Part shown: piece after piece, positions 35,147-47,900 of the stretch
Layout of the letters: every line of letters starts with the position of its first letter
Numbering within the stretch: the stretch's first letter is position 1
NCBI GenBank assembly: GCA_951406725.2
Contig: OX597831.1
Location: forward strand, 13,764,001 to 13,828,000
Reading direction: 5' to 3'
DNA: 64,000 nt
Origin: Octopus vulgaris
Taxonomy: Eukaryota
Notes under the pieces: model-generated
The model's input: the letters and a program-made list of their open reading frames with translations, nothing else
Told to the model about the DNA's origin: nothing
The model's database searches: none
Translations under genes and position numbers: made by a program

Positions 35147-36139
35147 TACATTAAAATACATTAAAAGGCTTCCAATAAAGAAGCAAGTGCTAGATACACA
35201 CAGGGGAAAAATTCATGAAATGGAATGAAAGTCAAAAACGTTTACCAAACTCAGCTAATCCTGTACTGCAGTTTCGTCTTTTTTTTTACAAATGAATAGA
35301 ATTTACCGGCATCCTCTCTGTTCGCCGGGTATGGTTTGCGTCTGCGCACTGGTCTGAAAAGTTAGAGTATACAGATCGTTAGATTTGCACGTACTTCTAG
35401 CGATATGTAAAGCTTGGATTATAAAGGTTTGCTGCTGACGAGTCTAGCCTTAGCAGATGAATTCTATTCATTTGTAAAAAAGTCGAAACTGCAGTACAGG
35501 ATTAGCTGAGATGGTAAACGTTTTTGATCTTCATTCCATTTCATGAATTTATCCCCTTTTTGTGTATCTAGCACTTGCTCCTTTATTGGAAGCATTTTAA
35601 TGTATTTATATATGAATAACGTATAGTCTAATGACTAATTCGTCTTTTGTGCTAGGTCACTGGTAATAATAATTTATTTTATTACCCTATTTACTATGTT
35701 TTATATATATATATTTTTTTTTTTTTTCTTTACTACCCACAAGGGGCTAAACACAGAAAGAACAAACGGATAAAGTAGATTATATCGACCCCAGTGCGTA
35801 CCTGGTACTTATTTAATCGACCCCAAAAGGATGACAGGCAAAGTCGACCTCGGCGGAATTTGAACTCAGAACGTAACGGCAGACGAAATACGGCTACGCA
35901 TTTCGCCCGGCGTGCTAACGTTTCTGCCAGCTCGCCGTCTTATGATATTTATATATATATATATATCATTCGCCATGATAGATCGCTTAGTCACTAGACA
36001 CATTTTTTCTCTCCTTGTTACTTTCTGTGGAAGAGCGTAGGCTCGAAACGTTAAAGATTTTTCAATTCCCGTGGGCTATACTAATATATTTGTTTGTTTT
36101 CTACACCACCTGTCTTCGTCTTTTGCTTTTTTATGAATG

Positions 36140-36234
<95 letters not shown>

Positions 36235-36638
36235 ATCTTAAACATGCAATGTAGGACTGAAATAATGCCGTGCGGTATTTCGCAATGTCTCTCTATTCTA
36301 ACGCTCTGTCCCCGCTAAACCGTATTATGCACTGATGCAAAGAATTCCAGTTCAATACTCTATTACATTGGGTCAGTTTGATAAGGGCCTGGCATTTAAT
36401 TTTATCCATGAATGCAACAAACATGTAAGAATGCAAAATTAACCGACAGAAATTATAAGAATCATAAGAATGAACTGTTGCCATGAACTAAGATATGACG
36501 TATCAATATGAACCTAATTAAACGAGATGTCTTATTTCTCTTTCAGGAAAGGAGCCTTACTGTACATCTAAATCTGCTTCCTACTATACGTCTTTCTACA
36601 ACATAATATTCTTACATACGACATGGATGTTTGGGTGA
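27345..36638 (+). CDS. G3: small secreted/GPI-type six-cysteine protein, 103 aa; join(27345..27381,30486..30579,33110..33198,36547..36638)
   Basis: GT-AG introns, phases 1-2-1, open frame: [103 protein letters not shown]. Confidence 0.9.
30220..30396. repeat. Foldback element, ~65-bp arms, in G3 intron 1
   Basis: tagtaaagattgttt.ccaacataacatg...ggacgaatgttgctgtaatttag vs ctaaattacagcaacattcgtcc...catgttatgttgg.aaacaatctttacta. Confidence 0.85.
30915..31285 (+). mobile_element. tRNA-derived SINE family B, near full length
   Basis: tgtgtggtaagtagcttgcttaccaaccacatgg...ggttgaatccc...internal (TG)n...cagcatggccgcag; near-identical to 59625-60005. Confidence 0.88.
31840..32047. mobile_element. 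Possible solo LTR
   Basis: tgtagcgcagg ... cctgcgaca TG..CA termini in a GC-richer segment; no target-site duplication found. Confidence 0.3.
33412..33790. mobile_element. tRNA-SINE plus inverted partial copy forming a ~115-bp-arm hairpin (33537-33650 / 33678-33790)
   Basis: tggcccagtggtt...tttcgattcc head; gatggactggcgtcccgtccagctgggg occurs in both orientations. Confidence 0.8.
33990..34160 (-). mobile_element. Mariner transposase fragment
   Basis: [45 protein letters not shown] in ORF 33917..34345. Confidence 0.85.
34667..35060 (-). mobile_element. Non-autonomous Helitron-like element
   Basis: 3' CTAG terminus preceded by GC hairpin cccgagcaacgccggg on the - strand; internal ~100-bp tandem duplication. 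Confidence 0.65.
35150..35610. repeat. Foldback element with ~150-bp arms and a hammerhead-like core
   Basis: 35150-35303 is the reverse complement of ~35459-35610; ctg-CTGACGA-g...c-GAAACTGCAGTA-cag at 35432-35499. Confidence 0.85.
35725..35940 (-). mobile_element. SINE family A
   Basis: Reverse complement of the 14445 copy. Confidence 0.85.
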
Positions 36639-37532
36639 TGGAATTCAAATACGACTTAAAAGAAAATATTCGATTTAAGAATATTTATGAAAATGCATTT
36701 TGGGAAGGCAAAAGTATATCAGTGTCTAACATCGTGATCTAGAGCGGCTAAAGAAACTCATTCAGCGTTATCAAAATATTACTGTGAAGAAGGTGTCTTC
36801 TCTTTACTTGTTGATACATCTCGCCTCTTTATTTGCACAGCATCTTTTCAACGCCTCAGAAAGTTCAAGTAAAGTTTATTCTTGATCACCTAACCGATAA
36901 TAATTGGTACCTATCCATTAAATAGTATGGCATCTTAAGTTTTGTACGAATCTCGAGTGCTTTTCTCTCTCTTTTTGTTAACTACAGTAAAGAACATCTC
37001 TGCATTCCGATATTCTGACCGTACAACAACGGTTTAATAATTAATTACCTTCATGCGTTTCCGAATGATTAAACATTTCTCTACTTATATTTGCTCACAT
37101 ATTTTGTACAACAAGGATTTATTGCCTTCTTAAAGATGAATATTAATAAAAGTGTTGTAAAGACTATAATTTCTACGTCTACTAACGATCTTATTCATCA
37201 ACAATATATGCCTGATGTGTGTGTGAGTATGTGTTTGGAAAGAAACTTCTATGGCATTTCCTAATAGAAAAGAACTAAATTCTTCTCTGGTTTTACACGA
37301 TTCCTTTACTAAAGAAAATACTGCACGCCCTTATTAATAACATAATCCATTAGGTTTGGCAAATTCTCACAAAATTGCTATCACTCCGGACGAAAAGTTT
37401 AGCGGCATTTCGTCCGTCCTTATCTTCTGAATTCAAATTCCGTCGAGGTTAACTTTAAGTGTCATCTTTTGGGTTCCATAAAATAAGGGCCACTCCAAAT
37501 ATATGTATAAACATACACAAACACACACACAT

Positions 37533-37622
<90 letters not shown>

Positions 37623-37629
37623 CTATATA

Positions 37630-38100
37630 TATATTAATAAAAGGAATTCCAACCGTGTCTGATTTTCACGTTTTATTTACAATCTTATAATGATATAATA
37701 TAAGATAATATAATAAAATAAAATAAAATAAAATAATAGAATGTTAAATGTTCATTCTGATTGAACTAGTACTTTCATGCATTAAATTCTGCAATCTTCA
37801 GGTTCATGTAGTAGTAGTGACAGTCATGCTTCATAATTTTTGACTGTAGCCTACACAGGTGTATTTAAGACACAGATTTAACCATCTCGCTACAGTCAAA
37901 AATTATGAAGCATGACTGTCACCACTAATACATGAACCTGAAGATTGCAGAATTTAATGCATGAAAGTACTAGTTCAATCAGAATGAACATTTAACATTC
38001 TATTATTTTATTTCATTTTATTATATTATATTATATTATCTTATATTATATCATTATAAACGTGAAAAACAGACAAGGTTGAATTCCTTTTATTAATATA
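37630..38100. repeat. Foldback element with ~220-bp near-perfect arms, each with a minimal hammerhead core
   Basis: 37630-37850 vs 37889-38100; gaac-CTGAAGA-ttgca..tgcat-GAAAGTACTA-gttc at 37934-37976 and its mirror on the - strand. Confidence 0.88.
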
Positions 38101-38103
38101 TAT

Positions 38104-38194
<91 letters not shown>

Positions 38195-38589
38195 GGAGAG
38201 AGAGTGATGTAGAAACTGAGAGTGATTGAGGTAGATTAACTCAAATACTGAAATGTTACAAGGGTGATTTAAGAAGATGATTACCTGTTAAATATTTTAA
38301 CTACTAACCGAACATGAAAAGGCGGAAACAGGAAATATATTTCCTTCTGGATATATTGCTTAATGTCTGGTCACTTAATAATCACATACGTCCAACAATT
38401 CTTTATGTTTCTCATATAATGTAGAAATGCTTAAAATGATGTAAGAGTTGTTTGTTTTCACTCAAAAAATTATTAGGTATTCGCTGTGATATTTTATTAC
38501 GACGTGTTTAATGATTTGTATGGCGATTTAAATTATGCAACAGTTTCTCTTTGAAGAGGTTGAAAAATGTTTTAAACGCGTACTTCGGT

Positions 38590-39290
38590 TACATATTTTC
38601 ATGCATAACAAAACTTCACACATTAAGAGACCTGCGTATGTATGTCACTGTTCAGTTTTATTTCAGGTTTTTCAGTTAATAGAGAAAGAGATGGTTTATA
38701 ACCTATATTCAAGGCCCCTTCATTACAATTTCAGCATCAAAAACAGGGTATTTTTTGTTTGTTTGTATATATGTATGCATGTATGTATGCATATATGTAT
38801 GTATGTGCTGATTTTATGGTTTTATGTATGTATTCTCATGCATATATTTGCATATCTAGACTTGCTCACATATATGTAAATGATAAACTTCTGGAAAGTT
38901 TTACAGATAGTTACAGTTCCAGGGATGGTTTGGATTTGTAGTCTTCGAATTAGTTTTCTCCTTTCTGGATTTGAGAAGCCTAATTTCTCAAGATTGATAT
39001 TTAGGCAGTGTGTTACATATCTTAGGACCCTAACAATTACAGGTATAAACCTGAACTTGTAATCTGGATAGATTAACTGCAGATTCTTCAATAATTCAGA
39101 GTAGGTATTCTCTTTTGCACTGATCTTCATCTTTGTTAACATGGGCTAGGCCGCTAATTTTCGCAACTGCTCAGTTTCTCTTCTCTATCCCAACTTATTA
39201 TATGAGATCTGTTGTGCTTCCATTTTATTTAGGTCTTCACTGGAACATTCCTCCAGTAATTCTATATGTGTGTTTATATGCGTTCATTTG
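38590..39290 (-). mobile_element. 3' end of an R4/Dong-like (restriction-like endonuclease) non-LTR retrotransposon
   Basis: K..TYSELLKNLQLIYPDYKFRFIPVIV..L.YV...L..NLEKLGF......LIRRLQIQTIPGTV.ICK in ORF 38822..39142. Confidence 0.75.
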
Positions 39291-40212
39291 GAACGCTGAA
39301 CGAAGTATCTAACCTTCGTTAGATACTTTTTGAACGCCCTCATTTCACTCTCTCTACCTCTATTTTTTCCTTTTCTCTCTCTAATATTCTGTTTCTCTTT
39401 TCTCCCCCTCCCCATCACCTGTTAATCTCTGACTTTTTTGCTTTTCTTTCTTTCGCCTGTTACAACTAACTGGTATAAGGTCACACCAGGAGATTTTGTG
39501 CACGTGCGTATGTGTGCGTGCATACATATATGTGCAATTGTGTATATTTATCGCCTGCCTATATATGTCCGAATATGTATGTAATCATGTACCTAGTGTA
39601 TATACGTATATTATAGATTATTTTGTATGTGTATGTGTATGTGATCTAGTGTGATAAAATTGTTTTGAACGGCTATGTCTTTTAATTTATTCATTTATTA
39701 ATATTTTACGGTTAATTATTTACCCGGGATATACAGGGCTTTTCCTTATTTACAAGCTATTTTTGATTTAAGGCGTTCTTCGATTTTTCTAATAATATGA
39801 TTTTAAACCGAAATCCGTTATTTCATGCTACCGGTTATTAGAAAGACCGTTATTTGAGAGGAACAAAAACACTAAATCATTTTCAAATGTATATCTTTCA
39901 AAGTAAATGTATTTCTGCTTAATCAATATAGTTGCAGTTTTTGTATTCAGGTGGGAAAATGCTTAGTGGCATTTTGTCAGAACTTTCGTTCTGAGTTCCA
40001 ATGTCACCTCGGTCAACCTTGCCTGTTATCATCCTTTCGATACCGATAAAATCAATACCAGTTCAGCAATGGGGGTCAAAGTAATCGACATACCTCGTCC
40101 CCTTACATTGCTGGCCTTGAGCCAAAATTTAAAACCCATATATAGTTGTAATGTAAAGATACAGAATGTAAATTTATTGTATATTTATAAAAATTCTCAC
40201 ATAAATTCATAT

Positions 40213-41710
40213 TCATTCAATGGCTTCTGAATTCCAGAACCACCATAGCGAAATTAGGTATATTAGTAATATGTTCAAGGAAGTCGAACTACAGACAGCA
40301 CTCGTCGGGTGTGGTGGCGTCACTCTTATGTCTGGAACAGATATAAACAAAACATGTATTCTTTTATTCGTTTATTCTTTTACTTGTTTCAGTCATTTGA
40401 CTGCGGCCATGCTGGAGCACCGCCTTTAGTCGAGCAAATCGACCCCGGGACTTATTCTTTGTCAGCCTAGTACTTATTCTCTCGGTCTCTTTTGCCGAAC
40501 CGCTAAGTTATGGGGACGTAAGCACACCAGCATCGGTTGTAAAGCGATGTTGGGGGACAAACACGCACACACACACACAAGCACACACACATATATATGT
40601 ATATGCGACAGGCTTCTTTCAGTTTCCGCAACCAAATTCACTCACAAGGCTTTGGTCGGCCCGAGGCTATATTAGAAGACACTTGCCCAAGGTGCCATGC
40701 AGAGGGACTGAACCCGGAACTATGTGGTTGGTAAGCAAGCTACTTATCTGATATTTAGAGTGATACTTCAGAAATTAATTAGACCTTGTTGTTTAGAGTT
40801 ACAAATTTATATCTTTAGGATTGTTCCAGGTAACTTTCGGTTTCCAAATTTGCATTACTGCAAGTTCATTGATACACGTAAATGGCAGGTATTCCTGAAT
40901 TACATTAATACACATCAGATAATGACTGTGTCATCGCAGGTGGTAAACATGAAGGGGTAGAACGGATTGAATATCTGAAGACCTCTAGCTAAATGCCGCA
41001 TGTGTAAAGCAATACATCCGTTACTTACAGTTTGATTATACAAATAAGAATATAGACGCCAGCATGGTTGTCTGCTTAAACTCGCTTGGTTCAGGGTTCA
41101 ATCCCACTGCTCGTCATCTTGGGTGAGTGTTCTCCGATTATGCTCCCGATGCAATCAAGGAACTTGTCAGTGAATTTTCCAGACAGAAAATGTGTGGCAC
41201 CCGTAAAACCGTTGCATACATACATACATACATACATGCATACATACATACATACATACAAACAAACATACATATAAACATACATACATACATGCATACA
41301 TACATACATACATACATACATACATACATACATACATACATACATACATACATACATACACAAGCATACATATAAACAAACATACATATAAACATACATA
41401 CATACATACATACATACATACATGCATACGTACATACACACATACATACATACATACATACATACATACATACATGCATACATACATACATACATACATA
41501 CATACATACGTACATACACACATACAAACAAACATATAAACATACATACATACAAACATACATACATACATACATGCATACATACATACATACATACATA
41601 CATACATACATGCATACATACATACATACATACATACATACATACATACATACATACATACATACATACATACATACATACATACGTACATACATACATA
41701 CATACATACA

Positions 41711-41744
<34 letters not shown>

Positions 41745-44700
41745 CATACATACATACATACATACATACATACATACATACATACATACATACATACAAA
41801 CAAACAAACATACATATACATACATACATACATACATACATACATGCATACATACATACATGCATACATACATACATACATACATACATACATACATGCA
41901 TACATACATACATACATACATGCATACATACATACATACATACATACATACATACATACATACATACATAGGTACGTACGTACGTACGTACATATTCACA
42001 CACATATGGCGCCGTCAACATGTGCAGGTGTAGAGAGCCGTTGAAAGATTGCGTTTTGAATGCCTTCGTCTTGAAAATGTCGACTTCTCCAGCCTAAATC
42101 GGTAACTGGTTTATGTGTACAATTAGTAATAACTTCTTTTACTCACTAACGTAGCAGATTGAACAGATTTTAAAATATACATCTACACCGCGTGGAATAT
42201 TGGTAACACGATTATGACTGAAACTAAGAGCAGCACAGATGAAACTAACGACGCCGCCACCGATGAAAACAGAACTACTTCACCAGAAAGTTATTTCGGA
42301 AAACTTAAGTACTCTTCTCATTTTGCTAAACTAAGATTTACTTCGGTGCTATGAAAAATCCCGGAAACACGAAGCGATTAAAACAACAGTTAAACACCTT
42401 CACGGCGAAACAGCTCCGACAACAAAAGCATCTTTTATAAAAATAAAAAAAAAACAAGTGGTCCTCAATCCTCCCGAAGCACTGAGGAATGGGCCAGAGA
42501 TTGTCAGATGTGCTGCAAAAAATAATGTAAACAAACCACCGCTCCCGCCATCGCTAAATTCGAGTGTGTTTCCAAATTCATCTCAGTAGCGAAGACTGCG
42601 GAATATAGCCAACTAAAAAAAGAAGAAAAAAAATTTAAGTTACAATTCGCAAAAAAATGTTGCTATTTACTCGAAACTTTCGTTGAGCAACAGACCATTC
42701 CCAGCAAGAGTGAGAAAAATCCGACCGATCTAATGTTTAAAGTTATCAACGATGTCGCTGGAGAGCATATGGAATCATGTGATATTAATTACTGGAATAT
42801 GAATACTCTTATATAAACAGCCGCTATTACTCTTAAAGAACACCTACAAGAAATCTACAGTGAACAAAGTAACAAAATTACTAAACAGAAACGACGTAGA
42901 TGGAAAACAAAACTTGAAAACAATCAACAACGCGCGCCGCCATATTGGATGGTTAACTACAACAATAAAATGTAAGGAGAAAAATTAGTTTACCTCTCAC
43001 CAACTTTTCCTTAGAGAAAAATTAACAAAACTTTATGGCAAACCTTTACACGGAGCTTTTGAGGGAAAGATGATCACTTTAAAACATGAAGTGAGGACGA
43101 TGTGCGAGACTCTGCGCTATCGCATGCGATTATTTGAACGAGGCAGGATCAATCGCAAGTTTGCTTCCAACCCACAAACATTATACAGAGAGATGAGGAA
43201 GGAAGATATTACCATTAATGAAGCTCCCTCCCAAGAAGATCTACAATCATTCTGGTCAAAAATTTGGAACGAAAAGAAGGATTTCAACCTGAATGCATCA
43301 TGGTTAATTACAGGTATAAACCTGAACTTGTAAACTCGTATGGTACTTTGGCTTGTAATAAAGAAACTCTTGCAAATAACAGCCTAAAAGTCGCAGCCCG
43401 TTCAAGCTTTAATCACACGGAAAAGCGCAAGCGATTCTGTGTCGGGAAACATGAGAAACTTGAAGTTGAGGAGTTTTTGAAAAGCGTCTTGCTTTCAGTG
43501 GTGTGACAACATTACATACGAATGGGAAAGTTCACAAGCATAATTTTGGCATTTGGTGGGATAAAATCCCCATGTCACAGTTGAGCACATAAGGGACCCA
43601 CTGAAAGTGAATGCATTCTGCGCAATCTGCAAGAATCATCTATATAGACCGTTTTTTCTTTCGGGGAAACGTGACCAGCGACGTTTAGCTGCAAATCCTT
43701 CAGAGATGGTTATTTGAGAAGCCCAGTGCAAATGAGCATGAACACGTAATTTTACAACAGGATAGGGCTTCACCTCACTGGAAGCTGACTGTGCGGGCGT
43801 ATCTCAATGAGATGGATCGGGTGTGCTAATGACATTGATAATGTGCTGTTAAAATGGCCACCACGTTCACCTGAGAATGTTGCGTCAGACATGCTGCAGT
43901 ATGTTTGGCAGGAGCTGCACTACCGACTTGACTTGTGTCATGTGACAGACGATGCGCACATTGAACATTTGTGAAGCTTTGTAAAATGGGTTATAAAATC
44001 TACATCCCTCTGAATCTCTTGTTCCAATTTTGATAAATAATTGTTTATTGTTTAACATGAAGCCTATTTAAATATGTCTGCTTGTCTTTGTACTTGTGTA
44101 TGTGCCGCCCCACAACCGCTCGACAGATCATATTATCATAGTTTCTTTACCTCCCCGTAACCTAGCGCTTTGGCCAACGAGACTGATAGACTAATACCAG
44201 ATTTTAAAAATCTGAAATGGGATCGACTTGCTTGAACAAATCTTTGTTAGAGCGGTGTTCAGCATGGCTGCAGCTCAATTCTTTGGACCAGTAAATTGAA
44301 ATACAATTGCTTATTTTGTAAATAAACGTGCTTCTTTTTTCAAAACTTTGATTTTGAAACCTGAGAAATAGTGTTGAAGGGCTTGAAATCGCATCATAAA
44401 TTTACAACCGTAGTTGTTTGGAAAATTGTTCAGTTATACCCAGTGTTAATCATTAAGATTAGATAATCGTAAAGCCATCTTACCTGTGCAAAATGTCTTA
44501 AAGGTATCAACGAAGACAGGAAGACACGACGGTTTAACTTTCTCTATACATTCAATATTCATTCTCACTCGCCTAGAAACGAACATCAGTTTATAAGTAT
44601 TTTAGAAAACTGTGGCCAGCTTATCTTTAAGTAATTTGTACTATTTGTAAACTTTTTCATTGTGGAAGTCAGATACATCCATAATAAATAATAATAATAA

Positions 44701-45820
44701 TGAAATTATTGTATACAGTGCTCAGGTGCACCACAACTTGTCAAAAGTGCGTATAAAGTATATGAAGTAATGTACAAACGTCTGGAAATCGAACAGCGTA
44801 TGAGTCAGATACATGCTTGCATGTGTATGGAGGGGGGAAAATCAGGTGTAGTGTTGGTGAATCTCAGGAAGCATGGACGTTTTGAAGGATGCAGTGCTCC
44901 GACAACTAACAACTGATGCCGGCAGTTTGTTCCATGCTTCAGCAACCCTTAGCGTGAAAAAATGTTTCCGAAAGTCATGGGAGCTGTGCTGTTTTCTGAC
45001 TTTGTAAACATGTCCACGGGTGTTAGACAGGTAGAGTTTGAAAAGGTCTCAGAGTTATTGTTTGTAAGATGGTTAATAATTTTATTCAAAACTTCATTAC
45101 ATTTCATTATGGAAAATCGCTTTGTATATCAATCTATCCTTTCTTGACGATTGTGACGTCTGAAACTATTTTTGTTGTGGAGCATATTAAGGAAGCGTGA
45201 CTTACAAAAAATAGTAAATCTGTTTTGGCTTTTAACATCATTACTGAATAACCATAAAAATTCAATTCATAGTTAAAGTGTTGAAACCTACTAAAGTAGA
45301 CAAACTATTATAAAATTAATAGTATTACTTTCCTTTTTGACACTGCGACAGCGGATCACTTCTTGGTCTAATTTCTCATTCGGAGTTCCAATATTGACTG
45401 CAATAGTACTCACCGGGATTTAATTTATCTAAAACTGTGTGAATTCGTGTCAATGTTAGAAACCGTCGTTATATTTAGTAATCTGTAAAACTAGCCATTG
45501 GATGCCATAATAGGTAGAGCACTAAACATAATGTTTGGGGGTATATTTTCTTTCTAGTCACAAATCCTGTAGAGGAGGTAGCATAGTGGTTATGGTGTTG
45601 CACTTACAATCGTGAGAGCACTGTTTCGATTCACGGTCCGAGTGGTATGTTGTCTCCTTAAGCAGTAATGTTCGGAAAGGATACTTTTTCCCAAATCCTA
45701 TTCAGTAGACATTTCAGTTACATACTTTATGTATTATGCATTATTCAAGTATTAGTTTGGCTTTTATCATTATTATTATTATCATTATTATTATTATTAT
45801 TATTATTATCATTATTATTA

Positions 45821-45857
<37 letters not shown>

Positions 45858-45944
45858 CATTATTATTATTATTATTATTACTATTTATTATTATTATTAT
45901 TATCATTATTATTATTATTATTATTATTACTGTTATTATTATTA

Positions 45945-46002
<58 letters not shown>

Positions 46003-46013
46003 CATTATTATTA

Positions 46014-46069
<56 letters not shown>

Positions 46070-46082
46070 ATTATTATTATCA

Positions 46083-46138
<56 letters not shown>

Positions 46139-46280
46139 CTTCACTGCTTGGAAACGGACTCGGAATCTTGGAGTTAGTAACCCACGGGCATATGGCGTAG
46201 TGGCTAAGAGTACGGGCTACTAACCAAGATTCCGAGTTTGTTTCCATGCAGTGACCTGAAAAAAAAAAAATTAAAAAAAA

Positions 46281-46314
<34 letters not shown>

Positions 46315-47858
46315 TGGAAAAATACCTTAGGAATGAGAACCCAGGTTCCAAATTTCTCCAAGACACCTGATGAAGGCTGGTGGGTATATCAGCCGAAACA
46401 TTGTGTTAACAACAAGCAAGATGAGAACAAATATTCGTCAAATGTAAATAATGTAAATAATGGTAATATGTAGTTTATATGATTGCTTTTAAAGATTAAT
46501 TAATATGCAAATGACTGCTGTGATAATATAGTAATAGCCGTAGTTAAGGGAAACTTACTTGCAGTGATGCACATCATGTCTCGATTCCGGGAAACTTATC
46601 CAGGAATCAGGACACAATTCTTTAGACGAGCACGTTATATTCCGAGCAGCGCCTGCAACTTTAAAATATATTTCTTGAAATTATGCACTGTTTTTACCGC
46701 ATTGAAAAAATATTACGAATTGCAATATAAGTAAAACATGTTACTCTAGTCTGAAGCCATCTTAAAATTAGCTGAAAACTATCGTGATCGGACATTGTTG
46801 GAGCTAAGACTTTTGTTTTAGATCTGTGAGTTTGTGTGCGGAGCGACTAGTTTTGTGTAGAGCTTCTTTTCGTAATTTTTTAAGACTATTATTTATCACA
46901 ATAATTATAAACCGTATTATAATTATTATAATAATTATAGACTGTATTATAATCATTGTAATCATAGACGTATTATAATTATCATGATTACCATAGACCT
47001 TATTATGATTATTATAATGTTTCTTCTTAATGCAAGTGTATCTCTTGCTTTTCAACTTTATCTTGTTTCAGCCAATGGACTGCGACCATGCTGAGGCAGT
47101 ACATTGACGGTCGAATAGATTGATCTCAGTACTTCTATTTTAAGTGCAGTATTTATCCAATCGAGTATTTTGGCCGAGCCACTGAGTTACAGTCACTTGA
47201 CCATTTGCTGGGAGACAAGCATAAACAATCACAAAAATATAATACAATTGGGGGATAAGTCATTTCATCCACATTTTCATCATATTCATAAATCATCCGA
47301 AATGTATTTATGTGACCCCCAATGTCTCGTTTTGTCTGTTCTTGTGGTGTCCCCTTTTTATAAAGGCCATATGCATAAATAAAAGAAAGGAATCTATTGG
47401 ATATATTTCTCAAAACATTTCAGTCGCCCACCCCACAAAAATAAATTATTTGTGACTGTCATCTAAAAGGCCGAACATTCGAAGAAATACCTTTTTAAAT
47501 GTGAAATTATTGTAAATTTATTATCTCCCCTATTTCTACCTCTCCTGTCAAACCTTTTTTTCCCAACCAGCCACCATACTTATTTGCTAAATTCACGAGA
47601 TTGTTTATTCTCTCTCTGTTTATTTTCTCGTGTTCCTTTCTGCTGAAGAGCATAGGCTCGAAATGTAAAAGACTTTCTCACTTTCCCCGAGCGTCAAACT
47701 AATACACCTGCTCGTTGTTCATACACCTGTCTTCGTCTTTTGTTTTTCTGTAAATTTCAACTACACACATCATACAGACACGTACTCACACATACACCCA
47801 CGCACCTCCATACACACATACATCTCCCAACACACATATCTAGAGTGTATGCATATAC

Positions 47859-47900
<42 letters not shown>

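Noticed and set aside
41091-42044. Long 150-300 aa ORFs
   Set aside because: Translations of the (ACAT)n microsatellite
45668-46177. Poly-I/L/N/Y ORFs resembling membrane proteins
   Set aside because: Translation of (ATT)n
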